A stretch of 46,920 bases of DNA, taken from the NCBI GenBank assembly GCA_003697105.1, contig RFFQ01000090.1, forward strand, positions 1 through 46,920, read 5' to 3'. Position numbers and translations under genes: made by a program. Position 1 is the stretch's first letter, and each line of letters begins with the position of its first letter. The notes beneath the pieces are model-generated. The model saw only the letters and a list, made by a program, of their open reading frames with translations. It ran no database searches and had not been told where the DNA came from. The DNA comes from Gemmatimonadota bacterium. GTDB lineage: Bacteria; 4572-55; J002. Positions 29,001 to 37,659 of this stretch are shown in pieces.

Positions 29001-30590
29001 ATGAATACCTTTTGGCGACAAGGTGAACCTTTTGTTTGGTTGACAGCAACGGCAATGACCGTCACCTTGCTCATTACCTTGACCTTGATCGGGGTTGTGA
29101 TGATCAACGGGTTGGGCTATTTTTGGCCCTCTCGTCTCATTGAGTTGACCCTGACAGATGGTACGCACGTGATGGGTCGGGTCACCCAAGAAGACACGAT
29201 GCCCAATGGAAGCGGGAAACGCCTGCAACTGAAAGTGGGCAATCGAGATTTATACGGCATGGACTTCCGGTGGATCAATGGGAGTGATATTCATGACCAG
29301 ACCTACCCGGTGGATGCTGTCGCAGTGGAACGTATGGAATACGGCGATTTCTACGGCTATTTGCAAACCGTTACCATTCCGGGCTTGCTGAAACCCCCTG
29401 CCGACCCGTGGGATGCACTGAGCGACACCCGCCGGAAATTGCGCCGTAAAGAAAAAGAGCTAGAAGCTATCAATGCCAAGATGTCCAAACTGAATTACCG
29501 GCAACGCCAAATCCGGCTCAAGCGCCAAAAATTGGAGTACCAGAAAAAACCCCACGTGGAAATCAAAAAATTAACGGATATGGAAGTGCAACTGGGGCAA
29601 GCTTTTGAAGAAATGCTAGTGACCCACAATCAAAAAATCGAAGAACTCCGCCGGTACACGGCTACGTTTGCCGATGCCAACGGTCAGACAAAAGAAATCC
29701 CGATGGTAGATATTGTCCGGGTGTACCGCCCCAACCAGATGGGTGTGGGTGCCAAAATTGGTTTTTATGCGGGCAAGATTAAAGAGTTGCTCCTCAGCGA
29801 ACCGCGGGAATCCAACACGGAAGGGGGGCTGTTCCCGGCAATTTTTGGTACGGTGATGATGGTCTTTTTGATGAGCCTCTTTTCCATGCCGATGGGGGTG
29901 ATTGCTTCCATTTATTTGCGGGAGTATGCCAAAGAAGGGCTGTTTGTCCAGTTGGTGCGGATCGCCGTGAATAATCTAGCGGGGGTGCCCTCAATTGTTT
30001 ACGGTGTTTTTGGGTTGGGATTTTTCGTTTATGGCGTCGGGGGTAGCATCGATCACCTCTTTTTCCCAGAGCGATTACCCACGCCGACGTTTGGCACCGG
30101 TGGCATTTTATGGGCAAGTTTAACGATGGCGTTGTTGACCGTACCGGTTGTTATTGTGGCAACAGAGGAAGGCTTAGCCGCCGTTCCACAGGGTATCCGG
30201 GAAGGATCGCTGGCGCTGGGAGCAACTAAATTTCAAACACTGATTAAGGTGGTGCTACCGATGGCATCCCCGGGGATTCTGACCGGTTTTATTCTGGCGA
30301 TGGCACGGGCGGCGGGGGAAGTTGCCCCCTTGATGATCGTCGGAGTGGTCAAATTAGCACCGGCGTTGCCGCTGGATGCTAACTTTCCCTTTTTCCATTT
30401 TGATCGCAAATTTATGCATTTAGGCTTTCATATTTATGACATCGGATTTCAATCGCCCAACGTGGAAGCCGCCAAACCGATGGTGTATGTAACCACCTTA
30501 CTGCTGGTCTCCGTGGTGCTTTTAATGAGTATGACAGCAATTTATCTGAGAAATAGTATCCGCAAAAAATACCAAACGGGAGCATTCTAA
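29001..30590 (+). CDS. pstA: Phosphate ABC transporter permease (long form)
   Basis: [51 protein letters not shown]. Confidence 0.92.
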   Translation: MNTFWRQGEPFVWLTATAMTVTLLITLTLIGVVMINGLGYFWPSRLIELTLTDGTHVMGRVTQEDTMPNGSGKRLQLKVGNRDLYGMDFRWINGSDIHDQTYPVDAVAVERMEYGDFYGYLQTVTIPGLLKPPADPWDALSDTRRKLRRKEKELEAINAKMSKLNYRQRQIRLKRQKLEYQKKPHVEIKKLTDMEVQLGQAFEEMLVTHNQKIEELRRYTATFADANGQTKEIPMVDIVRVYRPNQMGVGAKIGFYAGKIKELLLSEPRESNTEGGLFPAIFGTVMMVFLMSLFSMPMGVIASIYLREYAKEGLFVQLVRIAVNNLAGVPSIVYGVFGLGFFVYGVGGSIDHLFFPERLPTPTFGTGGILWASLTMALLTVPVVIVATEEGLAAVPQGIREGSLALGATKFQTLIKVVLPMASPGILTGFILAMARAAGEVAPLMIVGVVKLAPALPLDANFPFFHFDRKFMHLGFHIYDIGFQSPNVEAAKPMVYVTTLLLVSVVLLMSMTAIYLRNSIRKKYQTGAF

Positions 30591-30592
30591 TT

Positions 30593-31396
30593 ATGTCGGC
30601 ACCGGCACAAGCCCTACAAAAACCCCATGTGATAGATATAAAAAATCCGATTTTAACCATCGAAAACCTGAATCTATGGTATGGAAATACCCATGCCCTT
30701 AAAAATATCTCGTTATCGATCCCGCCCCAAAAAGTGACGGCATTTATCGGACCCTCCGGTTGTGGAAAATCCACCTTGTTACGCTGTTTAAACCGCATGA
30801 ATGATCTGGTGGATGATGTCCGGATTGAAGGGAATTTACGGTTCGATTCTCTGGACATCAACTCTCCCACGGTGGATGTGATCGGCTTGCGCCGCCGCAT
30901 CGGGATGGTCTTCCAAAAATCAAACCCGTTTCCCAAGTCGATCTACGAAAATGTGGTGTACGGGTTGCGGATTGCCGGTATTAACGACCGCAACGAGCTG
31001 GATGCAACGGCGGAACGGAGTTTGCGCGGAGCCGCCTTGTGGGATGAAGTCAAAGACCGGTTGTATGAATCCGCCTTGACACTCTCCGGCGGGCAGACCC
31101 AACGGCTCTGTATTGCGCGCGCTATCGCCGTGAATCCGGAGATTATCCTGATGGATGAACCTTGTTCCGCCCTGGATCCCATCGCAACAGCTCGCGTGGA
31201 AGACCTCATTACGGAACTCAAAGAGCGATACACCGTTGTCATTGTGACCCACAACATGCAACAAGCGGCGCGCATCTCGGATTATACCGCCTTTTTGTAT
31301 TTAGGGGAATTGATTGAATACGATGAGACCGAAAAAATCTTTACGCGGCCTTCCCGCCAACAAACACAGGACTATATCACGGGACGTTTTGGTTAG
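30593..31396 (+). CDS. pstB: Phosphate ABC transporter ATP-binding protein
   Basis: [41 protein letters not shown]. Confidence 0.97.
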   Translation: MSAPAQALQKPHVIDIKNPILTIENLNLWYGNTHALKNISLSIPPQKVTAFIGPSGCGKSTLLRCLNRMNDLVDDVRIEGNLRFDSLDINSPTVDVIGLRRRIGMVFQKSNPFPKSIYENVVYGLRIAGINDRNELDATAERSLRGAALWDEVKDRLYESALTLSGGQTQRLCIARAIAVNPEIILMDEPCSALDPIATARVEDLITELKERYTVVIVTHNMQQAARISDYTAFLYLGELIEYDETEKIFTRPSRQQTQDYITGRFG

Positions 31397-31463
31397 TATC
31401 TTGCTGAATAACCGCAGGTCACCGTGATTTGATTTTCATTTTAATGTGTAAGGAAGTCATCCC

Positions 31464-32117
31464 ATGGCAAAACATTTTTTTACTGAAATTGATCAAATCA
31501 AAAAAGAGATCTTAGCCCTGAGCGCCCTCGTCGAGGAGAACGTCCAACTCGCCATTAAAGCCCTACATGAACGGAATGACAAGCTGGCAAAAGAAGTGAT
31601 CAAACAGGACGATATTATCGATCAAAAAGAGGTTGAAATTGAGGAAGAGTGCTTAAAAGTGATGGCGTTGCACCAACCGGTAGCGGTCGATCTGCGGTTT
31701 TTGGTCTCTGTATTGAAAATCAATAATGATTTAGAGCGCGTGGGCGATTTGGCCGTTAATATTGCCAATAAAGCGTCTTATTTTTCGCGTCACCCGGAGA
31801 TCACCATCCCCATTGATTTTGGTGAGATTGCTAACAAAACAAAGTTGATGCTCAAACTGAGCCTCGATGCATTTGTCAATTTAGATGCGGAATTGGCGCG
31901 GCAGGTCTGCGTGATGGATGAGGAAGTAGACCGGATGAAACGAGAAGCCAAGTCCTATATTCGCAAAAATATCAATAATGATTTTGACTTAGGAGACCGG
32001 CTGTATTCGGTCTGCCGGAATTTGGAGCGCATCTCAGATATGGCAACCAACATCGCTGAAGACGTGGTGTACATGGTCGAAGGGCGGATCATCCGCCACC
32101 GAGCGCAAGATGATTAG
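31464..32117 (+). CDS. phoU: Phosphate signalling complex protein PhoU
   Basis: QPVAVDLR, DLERVGDLAVNIA, LERISDMATNIAEDVVYMVEG. Confidence 0.95.
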   Translation: MAKHFFTEIDQIKKEILALSALVEENVQLAIKALHERNDKLAKEVIKQDDIIDQKEVEIEEECLKVMALHQPVAVDLRFLVSVLKINNDLERVGDLAVNIANKASYFSRHPEITIPIDFGEIANKTKLMLKLSLDAFVNLDAELARQVCVMDEEVDRMKREAKSYIRKNINNDFDLGDRLYSVCRNLERISDMATNIAEDVVYMVEGRIIRHRAQDD

Positions 32118-32138
32118 ATTGAATGATCTGTTTTGATG

Positions 32139-32177
32139 AAAAATCCCGCGGAGAAGGTATCTCTAGCGGGATTTTTT
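32139..32177. terminator. Bidirectional terminator after phoU
   Basis: AAAAATCCCGC...GCGGGATTTTTT. Confidence 0.75.
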
Positions 32178-32300
32178 ATGGGTCGTACACGTTGCCGGCT
32201 GAGGCTTCTTCCCGCAGACTCTCAAATTCTCCAATTTCTACCGTAATAAGTGACTTTCAGGATATCTTATGGTGAGCTATCCATTAACGTTGTGTAATGG

Positions 32301-33326
32301 CTAGAAGATGATGGGGATACCGTTGACCGCGACCAGTTGTTTGAGGCGATCAATCGTATCTTCTTGACCGAGCACAATGAGAGTATCCAGCGGTTTAAGG
32401 GGGCGCATTACCGGCGGCGAAATCTGGACTCGTTCCCCATGGGGGCGGATACCGATAATCATGGCGCCGGTTTGCTCCCGGATGCGACATTCGATGATCG
32501 ATTTACCGATCATTGTCGAATCCGCCGGAATGGTGACTTGTTCGATGCGCAGGGCAATATCTTCGCCGTGCATGATCACATCCAAAAAATCGACGACATC
32601 TGGGCGGAGGAGAACGGACGCCATGCGCCGCCCTCCAATGGAGGCAGGAAGAATCACTTTATCGGCACCAGCCCGGATCAATTTGGGTTCGGAGGACTCT
32701 TCAGCCGCACGTGAGACAATCTTTAAGTCTGGATTCAGTCCCCGTGCCGTCAAGGTGACAAACACATTGTCGGCATCGTTATGCAGGGTTGTGATAAGCC
32801 CTTTTGCTCGTTCAATGCCGGCATGCACCAAGACTTTATCTTCGGTGGCATTCCCGATGATCCGCGGTATGGATTCGGGGAGATGTTCCATTTTTTCTGC
32901 ATCCTGTTCAATCACCACAAAGTCAACCCGGACGCGGAGAAGTTCTTCAACGGCTTCACCGCCGGTACGTCCGTAGCCGCAGACAATTATATGGTGGTTG
33001 AGTTTGGCAATCAATCGATCCATCTGTTGTCCTCTCAAGACCATTTTAAGTTCGCCTTCCACGATAAACGAGGCGAAGGTACCCGCAAAATAACCGGCAA
33101 CACCAAAGCCGATCGTGATCAAAAAAACGGTAAAAAGCCGTCCGGTGGGCGACAAATGATGAATTTCACCAAAACCGACGGTACTCAGAGTGATCACGGT
33201 CATATAAAGGGCTTCCAGTACAGACCAGCCCTCAATCCAAATATACCCGAGTGTGCCAAAACCAGTGACAACAATAATTGCGATAAACGCAATTGCCACT
33301 CGATCAAAAATCCGTTTGGTATGCAT
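32301..33326 (-). CDS. 2-TM potassium channel with RCK (TrkA-N/TrkA-C) domains
   Basis: Selectivity filter TLSTVGFG; Rossmann motif IVCGYGRTG; start set at MHTKRIF (33326). Confidence 0.9.
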   Translation of the reverse strand: MHTKRIFDRVAIAFIAIIVVTGFGTLGYIWIEGWSVLEALYMTVITLSTVGFGEIHHLSPTGRLFTVFLITIGFGVAGYFAGTFASFIVEGELKMVLRGQQMDRLIAKLNHHIIVCGYGRTGGEAVEELLRVRVDFVVIEQDAEKMEHLPESIPRIIGNATEDKVLVHAGIERAKGLITTLHNDADNVFVTLTARGLNPDLKIVSRAAEESSEPKLIRAGADKVILPASIGGRRMASVLLRPDVVDFLDVIMHGEDIALRIEQVTIPADSTMIGKSIIECRIREQTGAMIIGIRPHGERVQISPPVMRPLKPLDTLIVLGQEDTIDRLKQLVAVNGIPIIF

Positions 33327-33360
33327 GGGAATTCCATTAGAAATGCAAGATGAGGCTTGC

Positions 33361-33389
33361 AATCTACCATCGTACCCGGAAATTGTCAA
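33361..33389 (-). promoter_or_regulatory. Sigma70-type promoter for the K+ channel gene
   Basis: TTGACA (33389-33384), 17 bp spacer, TAGATT (33366-33361). Confidence 0.6.
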
Positions 33390-33518
33390 AAAATATTTCT
33401 ATTTTTTCCTTGAAATTATGGTAAAAATCGGGTATTTTCATCCAACTTGTTCTTTATCAAATGGTTGGAAATCCAATCGTAAAATCGTAATTGACGTTCT
33501 CAGGTAAGGAGAGATTTC

Positions 33519-34688
33519 ATGCACAGTACGATTCCCATGAGTTTTGTAACCAAAGCGGCTCAAACCCCAGATGTTCTCTTTGCCATCATGAAAGCGATGG
33601 CAAAAAAGAAGATGTTTTACCACTTTACGGATTATATGGCGTCCCAACATAAGCCGCTCCGGCTGGGTCAAATTAGCCTCAAGATTACCAATGTGTGCAA
33701 CTTGCGCTGTAAAATGTGCGGACAGTGGGGCGAAAGTGGTTACAACCATGATAAATCTATGGCAGAACTGAAAGATGTGGTCCCATTGGAAACGTATAAG
33801 CGCATGGTGGATGAAGTCAAAGACGATAAGCCGTTCATTTACATTTGGGGAGGCGAACCGTTTCTTTACCCGGATTTGGTGCCTTTGCTCCGGTACATGA
33901 AGGAAGCCGGTTTAATGGGTTCTGTGGTGACCAATGCGGTCAAACTGGAAAAATACGCCGCCGAACTGGTTGACATTGGTTGGGATGCCTTCATGGTTTC
34001 GCTGGATGGTCCAAAAGACATCCATAATGAAATTCGGGGACATAAAGATAGCTATGACAAAGTCATTAACGGTATTACCCGACTAAATGAAGAAAAGCGG
34101 AAACAAGGAAAGAAAAAACCGTATACCATGATTTTGACCACCGTCATGCGGGACAATCCCCATGCGTTGTTCGATGTCTTCAAAATTGCGGAAGAGATTG
34201 AAGCCAGTTGTGTGGTGGTCTATTATTGCTGGTTCACCACAGAAGAGCGGGTCAAAGACCATACCCGCCAGATGCAAACCCGCTTTAACATTACGCCGTG
34301 GTCGGTGCATGGCTATGTTGCCGATTGGCATAACGTGAATGACCGGGAGCTTCAGGAGAGTGTGAAACGCATTAAATCCCACAAATGGAAAATGCCTTAC
34401 GTCTTCTATCCCGAATTGGAGATTGAGGACATCCCCCGATACTACAATGAACCGGGGAATTTCTTCGGACATGACAAATGTATCTCGATCTACACCACCG
34501 CAGAAGTCATGCCCAATGGGGATGTGGCAACCTGTCGCGATTACCCAGATTACATCACAGGCAATATCCGTGAAAATTCCATCAAAGAGATTTTCAACAA
34601 TGACAAATACTGGAAATTCCGCAACTCCATCAAAAATGAGGGGATGTTACCAATCTGTGCCCGCTGTTGCGGATTAATGGGGTTTTAA
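33519..34688 (+). CDS. Radical SAM protein with SPASM/Twitch-like C-terminal domain
   Basis: CNLRCKMC, WGGEPF, VSLDG; C-terminal C...PNGDVATC...GNI...CARCC; AAGGAG RBS. Confidence 0.88.
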   Translation: MHSTIPMSFVTKAAQTPDVLFAIMKAMAKKKMFYHFTDYMASQHKPLRLGQISLKITNVCNLRCKMCGQWGESGYNHDKSMAELKDVVPLETYKRMVDEVKDDKPFIYIWGGEPFLYPDLVPLLRYMKEAGLMGSVVTNAVKLEKYAAELVDIGWDAFMVSLDGPKDIHNEIRGHKDSYDKVINGITRLNEEKRKQGKKKPYTMILTTVMRDNPHALFDVFKIAEEIEASCVVVYYCWFTTEERVKDHTRQMQTRFNITPWSVHGYVADWHNVNDRELQESVKRIKSHKWKMPYVFYPELEIEDIPRYYNEPGNFFGHDKCISIYTTAEVMPNGDVATCRDYPDYITGNIRENSIKEIFNNDKYWKFRNSIKNEGMLPICARCCGLMGF

Positions 34689-34715
34689 GCCACGCCGACG
34701 GCTTCCGGTACAAAT

Positions 34716-34752
34716 AAAAAAACGCCTCGATCTGAATGGATCGAGGCGTTTT
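34716..34752. terminator. Bidirectional terminator between the radical SAM gene and the redox operon
   Basis: AAAAAAA-CGCCTCGATC-TGAATG-GATCGAGGCG-TTTT. Confidence 0.85.
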
Positions 34753-34765
34753 GCTATGTTGTGAT

Positions 34766-34957
34766 TTATGCAGATGGTGAAGATGAGGTTTCCTCTATCT
34801 CCAGGGGATCAACTGCAACGGTGTTGTCGTGCCGTGGAACCTCCACGTTACAGGCTTCGCCCATTCAGGTGGGCACCCCCATCGCCGGAAAGACCCAGCG
34901 CATCAGGATAAACCAACCCGCAAAAATTAACAACACGGAAAAATCTTCAAATTGCAT
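34766..34957 (-). CDS. Putative 63-aa single-pass membrane selenoprotein (Sec31), absent from the ORF track
   Basis: TAAGGAG RBS then ATG 34957; MQFEDFSVLLIFAGWFILMRWVFPAMGVPT-[TGA 34867-34865]-MGEACNVEVPRHDNTVAVDPLEIEETSSSPSA-TAA; SECIS-like hairpin after the UGA; TAA lies 14 bp before the terminator. Confidence 0.65.
34830..34852 (-). promoter_or_regulatory. Candidate bacterial SECIS element of the small selenoprotein
   Basis: mRNA UGU-AA-CGUGGA-GGU-UCCACG-GCA; stem begins 12 nt after the UGA; apical loop starts with G. Confidence 0.55.
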
Positions 34958-34966
34958 GGGTGCTCC

Positions 34967-35404
34967 TTAGGGTTGAACGACAATTTCAGGTTCTAGGTGG
35001 ACGGCGGTTTTCATGGAATTGGAGATCAAACAAACCTTTTCCGCTTTCGTAATGATGCGTATCGCCCGGTCGCGTTTATCTTCGTGGGGAATGACAATGC
35101 GCGGTCGCAACGTGATTTCGGTAATCATAAACCCGTTTTCGGTCTTTTCCAGCACTCCTTCGGCACTGGAGGAGTAGCTGGTAAATTCCAGTTTAGAGTT
35201 TTCGGCAATCGCCAAAAAGGTGGTCATCAAACAGATTTCCGCCGATGCCACAAATAGATGTTCTGGTGACCAGATGCCGGGATGTCCTTTCGGGAACTCC
35301 GGAGGTGTTGCGACTTCTATATCAGGCAGACCCTCACTGGAGAGGATACCTTTCCGTTGTTCATCCCACCGGAGACTCGTCGTATAAATATGTTTATCTG
35401 CCAT
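34967..35404 (-). CDS. OsmC/Ohr family protein
   Basis: ATPPEFPKG, WSPEHLFVASAEICLMTTF, AEKVCLISNS (two conserved Cys). Confidence 0.88.
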   Translation of the reverse strand: MADKHIYTTSLRWDEQRKGILSSEGLPDIEVATPPEFPKGHPGIWSPEHLFVASAEICLMTTFLAIAENSKLEFTSYSSSAEGVLEKTENGFMITEITLRPRIVIPHEDKRDRAIRIITKAEKVCLISNSMKTAVHLEPEIVVQP

Positions 35405-35406
35405 TA

Positions 35407-36141
35407 TTATTCCTCTGATTCCACCGAATTTAACACATTCTGAATACCGGCAATCAATTGCTGCTCGCTGGGCTTACCGAGAATTTCATTTCCCCCATTG
35501 ATCAAGGTTTGCGGGACGCCTCGCGTTTGATATTTTTGCACCAGATGGGGAAACTCACCGGCCATAACCATCTCTGCCCGAATGTTAGAGTTATGCAATG
35601 CCATTTTTTGAGCAAGCTTCACGGCTTGCGGGCAGTGCGGTCAGGTAGGAGTTACCATGACCTCCAAAACGACCGGCGCCTCAACCTGTTGCAGTGATGC
35701 TTTCGTCTGAGAAGAAAGTGCCGGTAACTCGCCACCAATCATCTGAAGTGACTCCAGAAATGCCGGAAATTCGTATCCCCCGGGCACACCGTAAATCCGC
35801 ACATTGGTATCTTTCCTTTCCCGCAGGATGACCGTTGCCGGGATTTTATCAACCCCGTATTTTTGGGCAATGGCGGCATCTTTTTGCAGGTCATAGACTT
35901 CCAGTCGGATATTGGGGACTAAATGGGCAATTTCGGTCATCAGAGTACGGGCGGTTTCGCACGATTCACACTCGAATTCTTGGGTAAATTGCACCAAGGT
36001 GATTTTGGTATTTAATTCCTGAAGCTCATTTTTCACCCGTTCTTGTTGTTGTTCATTCAACAATTTGAATTCAAAGGGCTTTGAGCAGGCAACTAACAGC
36101 ACAAACACGGGTATAAGCATGAGATACGTTATTGATTTCAT
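35407..36141 (-). CDS. Selenocysteine-containing protein disulfide oxidoreductase (PDO / AhpF-N-terminal-like, two thioredoxin folds), lipoprotein; 244 aa, Sec167
   Basis: ORF-track pieces 35641..36141 and 35407..35622 are in frame; the junction reads VMVTPT-[TGA 35643-35641]-PHCPQAVKLAQKMA, i.e. UxxC at the family's TPTCPxC site; first site CESC; lipobox LVAC; GVP cis-Pro motif in the C-terminal piece. Confidence 0.88.
35612..35629 (-). promoter_or_regulatory. Candidate bacterial SECIS element of the PDO gene
   Basis: mRNA GCAAGC-CGUGAA-GCUUGC; stem begins 11 nt after the UGA; G at loop position 2. Confidence 0.65.
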
Positions 36142-36347
36142 GGATTTTCCTCAAGCAAACGGTTCATCTCTTCCAAAATTTCATCTAAATTTTTGATACC
36201 CTTTTGGGCGGCGGCTTCACCTAATGTACCCCAGATGGCATCCCCACAAGCCAAACATCGGATGTTATAGGTGCGCAGGGGTTGGATCAACTGCGGATAA
36301 TTTTCCACAATCTCTTCGATGTAGGTATCAGCAGTGATTTTCGCCAT
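36138..36347 (-). CDS. DUF1858-like small CxxC protein
   Basis: KITADTYIEEIVENYP...IRCLACG...TLGEAAAQKG; AGGAGGT RBS; ATGA overlap with the PDO gene. Confidence 0.75.
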   Translation of the reverse strand: MAKITADTYIEEIVENYPQLIQPLRTYNIRCLACGDAIWGTLGEAAAQKGIKNLDEILEEMNRLLEENP

Positions 36348-36361
36348 GTTGCACCTCCTGA

Positions 36362-36829
36362 TTAGGATTGTGCCCGAAGTTCTTGTTCGATACGCTCATC
36401 CATCTCACTGGAGATCGATTCGACAACCGGCATGGCGGACGTTGCCGCCGTGGTTTGTCTTCGCCAGTAGAGCAGAATTAAAATCACCATGATCACCCCC
36501 AAAACCAGCATAATCACGGGCATGATCCACGCCACCATATTAAAGCCTTCCCGGGTGGGGATCGATAAAATCTGGCTGCCATATTCGGCGATATAAAAGT
36601 CCACGATTTCATCTTTGGATTTACCTTCTTCCGCCATTTGATTGACTTCGCGGCGCATGGTCATTGCAATGTCGGATTCATGATCCGCAATGGGAGACCG
36701 CCAACAACACGGCGCCAGCAATTCTTGCTGTGCTTCGGCAGCAACTTTTTTCTGTTCTGGGGTCAGTTCCGCATAACTCGTCGTTGCGAAGACTAGCAAC
36801 GTAATTAATAGCCATCTGACACACTTCAT
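36362..36829 (-). CDS. CcmH/NrfF-like exported redox protein with vicinal Cys-Cys and C-terminal TM anchor
   Basis: Signal peptide; LLAPCCWRSPIADHES...MRREV...GKSKDEIVDFYIAEYGSQILSIP...AWIMP. Confidence 0.8.
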   Translation of the reverse strand: MKCVRWLLITLLVFATTSYAELTPEQKKVAAEAQQELLAPCCWRSPIADHESDIAMTMRREVNQMAEEGKSKDEIVDFYIAEYGSQILSIPTREGFNMVAWIMPVIMLVLGVIMVILILLYWRRQTTAATSAMPVVESISSEMDERIEQELRAQS

Positions 36830-37035
36830 GTGTTCACCTCCGGGTGGGGTTGTGATGATTCACGGCGCTTTTTCGGAGAATCCCAGCCGAGTATCAAGCC
36901 AAATAAGGCTCCGTAAAGCGTGCTGAACCACGGATTTGCGGTAATAGGGCATGTGCCGCTGAGGCAACCCACGTATTGGTAATATAAAAATCCGGCTGTC
37001 GCACCGAGAACAGTAAAAATAAGTCCCTTTTTCAT
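36826..37035 (-). CDS. DUF6132-like two-TM protein with CxxxxC loop
   Basis: [41 protein letters not shown] overlaps at both ends. Confidence 0.75.
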   Translation of the reverse strand: MKKGLIFTVLGATAGFLYYQYVGCLSGTCPITANPWFSTLYGALFGLILGWDSPKKRRESSQPHPEVNT

Positions 37036-37400
37036 GCGAATTGGTCTAACACCTCATCAAATTTATTTTTTAGAGCCGGTTTCGGTAATGCCCCGACCAC
37101 TCGATCAATTTCTTCACCATTTTTGAAAAAAATCAGGGTTGGAATGCCCCGGATGCCAAATTTTTGCGGCGTCTGCGGGTTGTCATCCGTATTGAGCTTA
37201 CAAACTTTGATCTTATGTTGGTATTCCGCGGCAAGCTCTTCCACAATGGGTCCCACCATCCGGCACGGACCGCACCACGGTGCCCAAAAATCTACCAACA
37301 CTGGTATGTCAGATTTTAATACATCGGTTTCAAAGGAGTCATCGGTTACGGTGACGGCAACATGGGTTTCATCTCTTTGTCCCTTGGAAAATAATCCCAT
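37032..37400 (-). CDS. trxA: Thioredoxin
   Basis: [22 protein letters not shown]. Confidence 0.96.
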   Translation of the reverse strand: MGLFSKGQRDETHVAVTVTDDSFETDVLKSDIPVLVDFWAPWCGPCRMVGPIVEELAAEYQHKIKVCKLNTDDNPQTPQKFGIRGIPTLIFFKNGEEIDRVVGALPKPALKNKFDEVLDQFA

Positions 37401-37659
37401 ACGTTTTAGTTTACAAAATCAGACCATCACTGATTTTGAGGGATGCCTTTCTTCACCCCAAATAAATTAAAATGATAACAGTCCTGAACCGAAGCCAACC
37501 TTTTACCGCTGGCTTCAAATCTGCTTGATCGAAGTCAAAATATAGTAAAATTGACCCCAAAAGACAACGGGTTATTTCAACCCGGTTATTTAGATTACCG
37601 GAATAAGGTCACTTTTGCGTCACAAATTCATCTATTTTTCACCGAATTGGGAGGTTATC

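Noticed and set aside
26723-30590. Unusually long PstC and PstA as a novelty
   Set aside because: Long forms with large periplasmic insertions are already known, for example the Pseudomonas/Vibrio type.
33519-34957. Small ORF as a RiPP precursor for the radical SAM enzyme
   Set aside because: The genes are convergent and separated by a bidirectional terminator; the peptide has a TM helix and is coupled to the redox operon.
34761-34970. 69-aa plus-strand ORF
   Set aside because: No RBS; it is the antisense shadow of the better-supported minus-strand small ORF.
35407-35622. Separate 71-aa gene in the ORF track
   Set aside because: It is the in-frame C-terminal part of the PDO gene and has no RBS of its own.
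34865-35643. Genome-wide UGA reassignment (code 4 or 25) as the reason for the in-frame TGAs
   Set aside because: Many genes here end at TGA with ATGA coupling (dtd, trxA, DUF6132-like, DUF1858-like, ankyrin), Trp is encoded by TGG, and the two internal TGAs sit at Cys-like redox positions with hairpins behind them.
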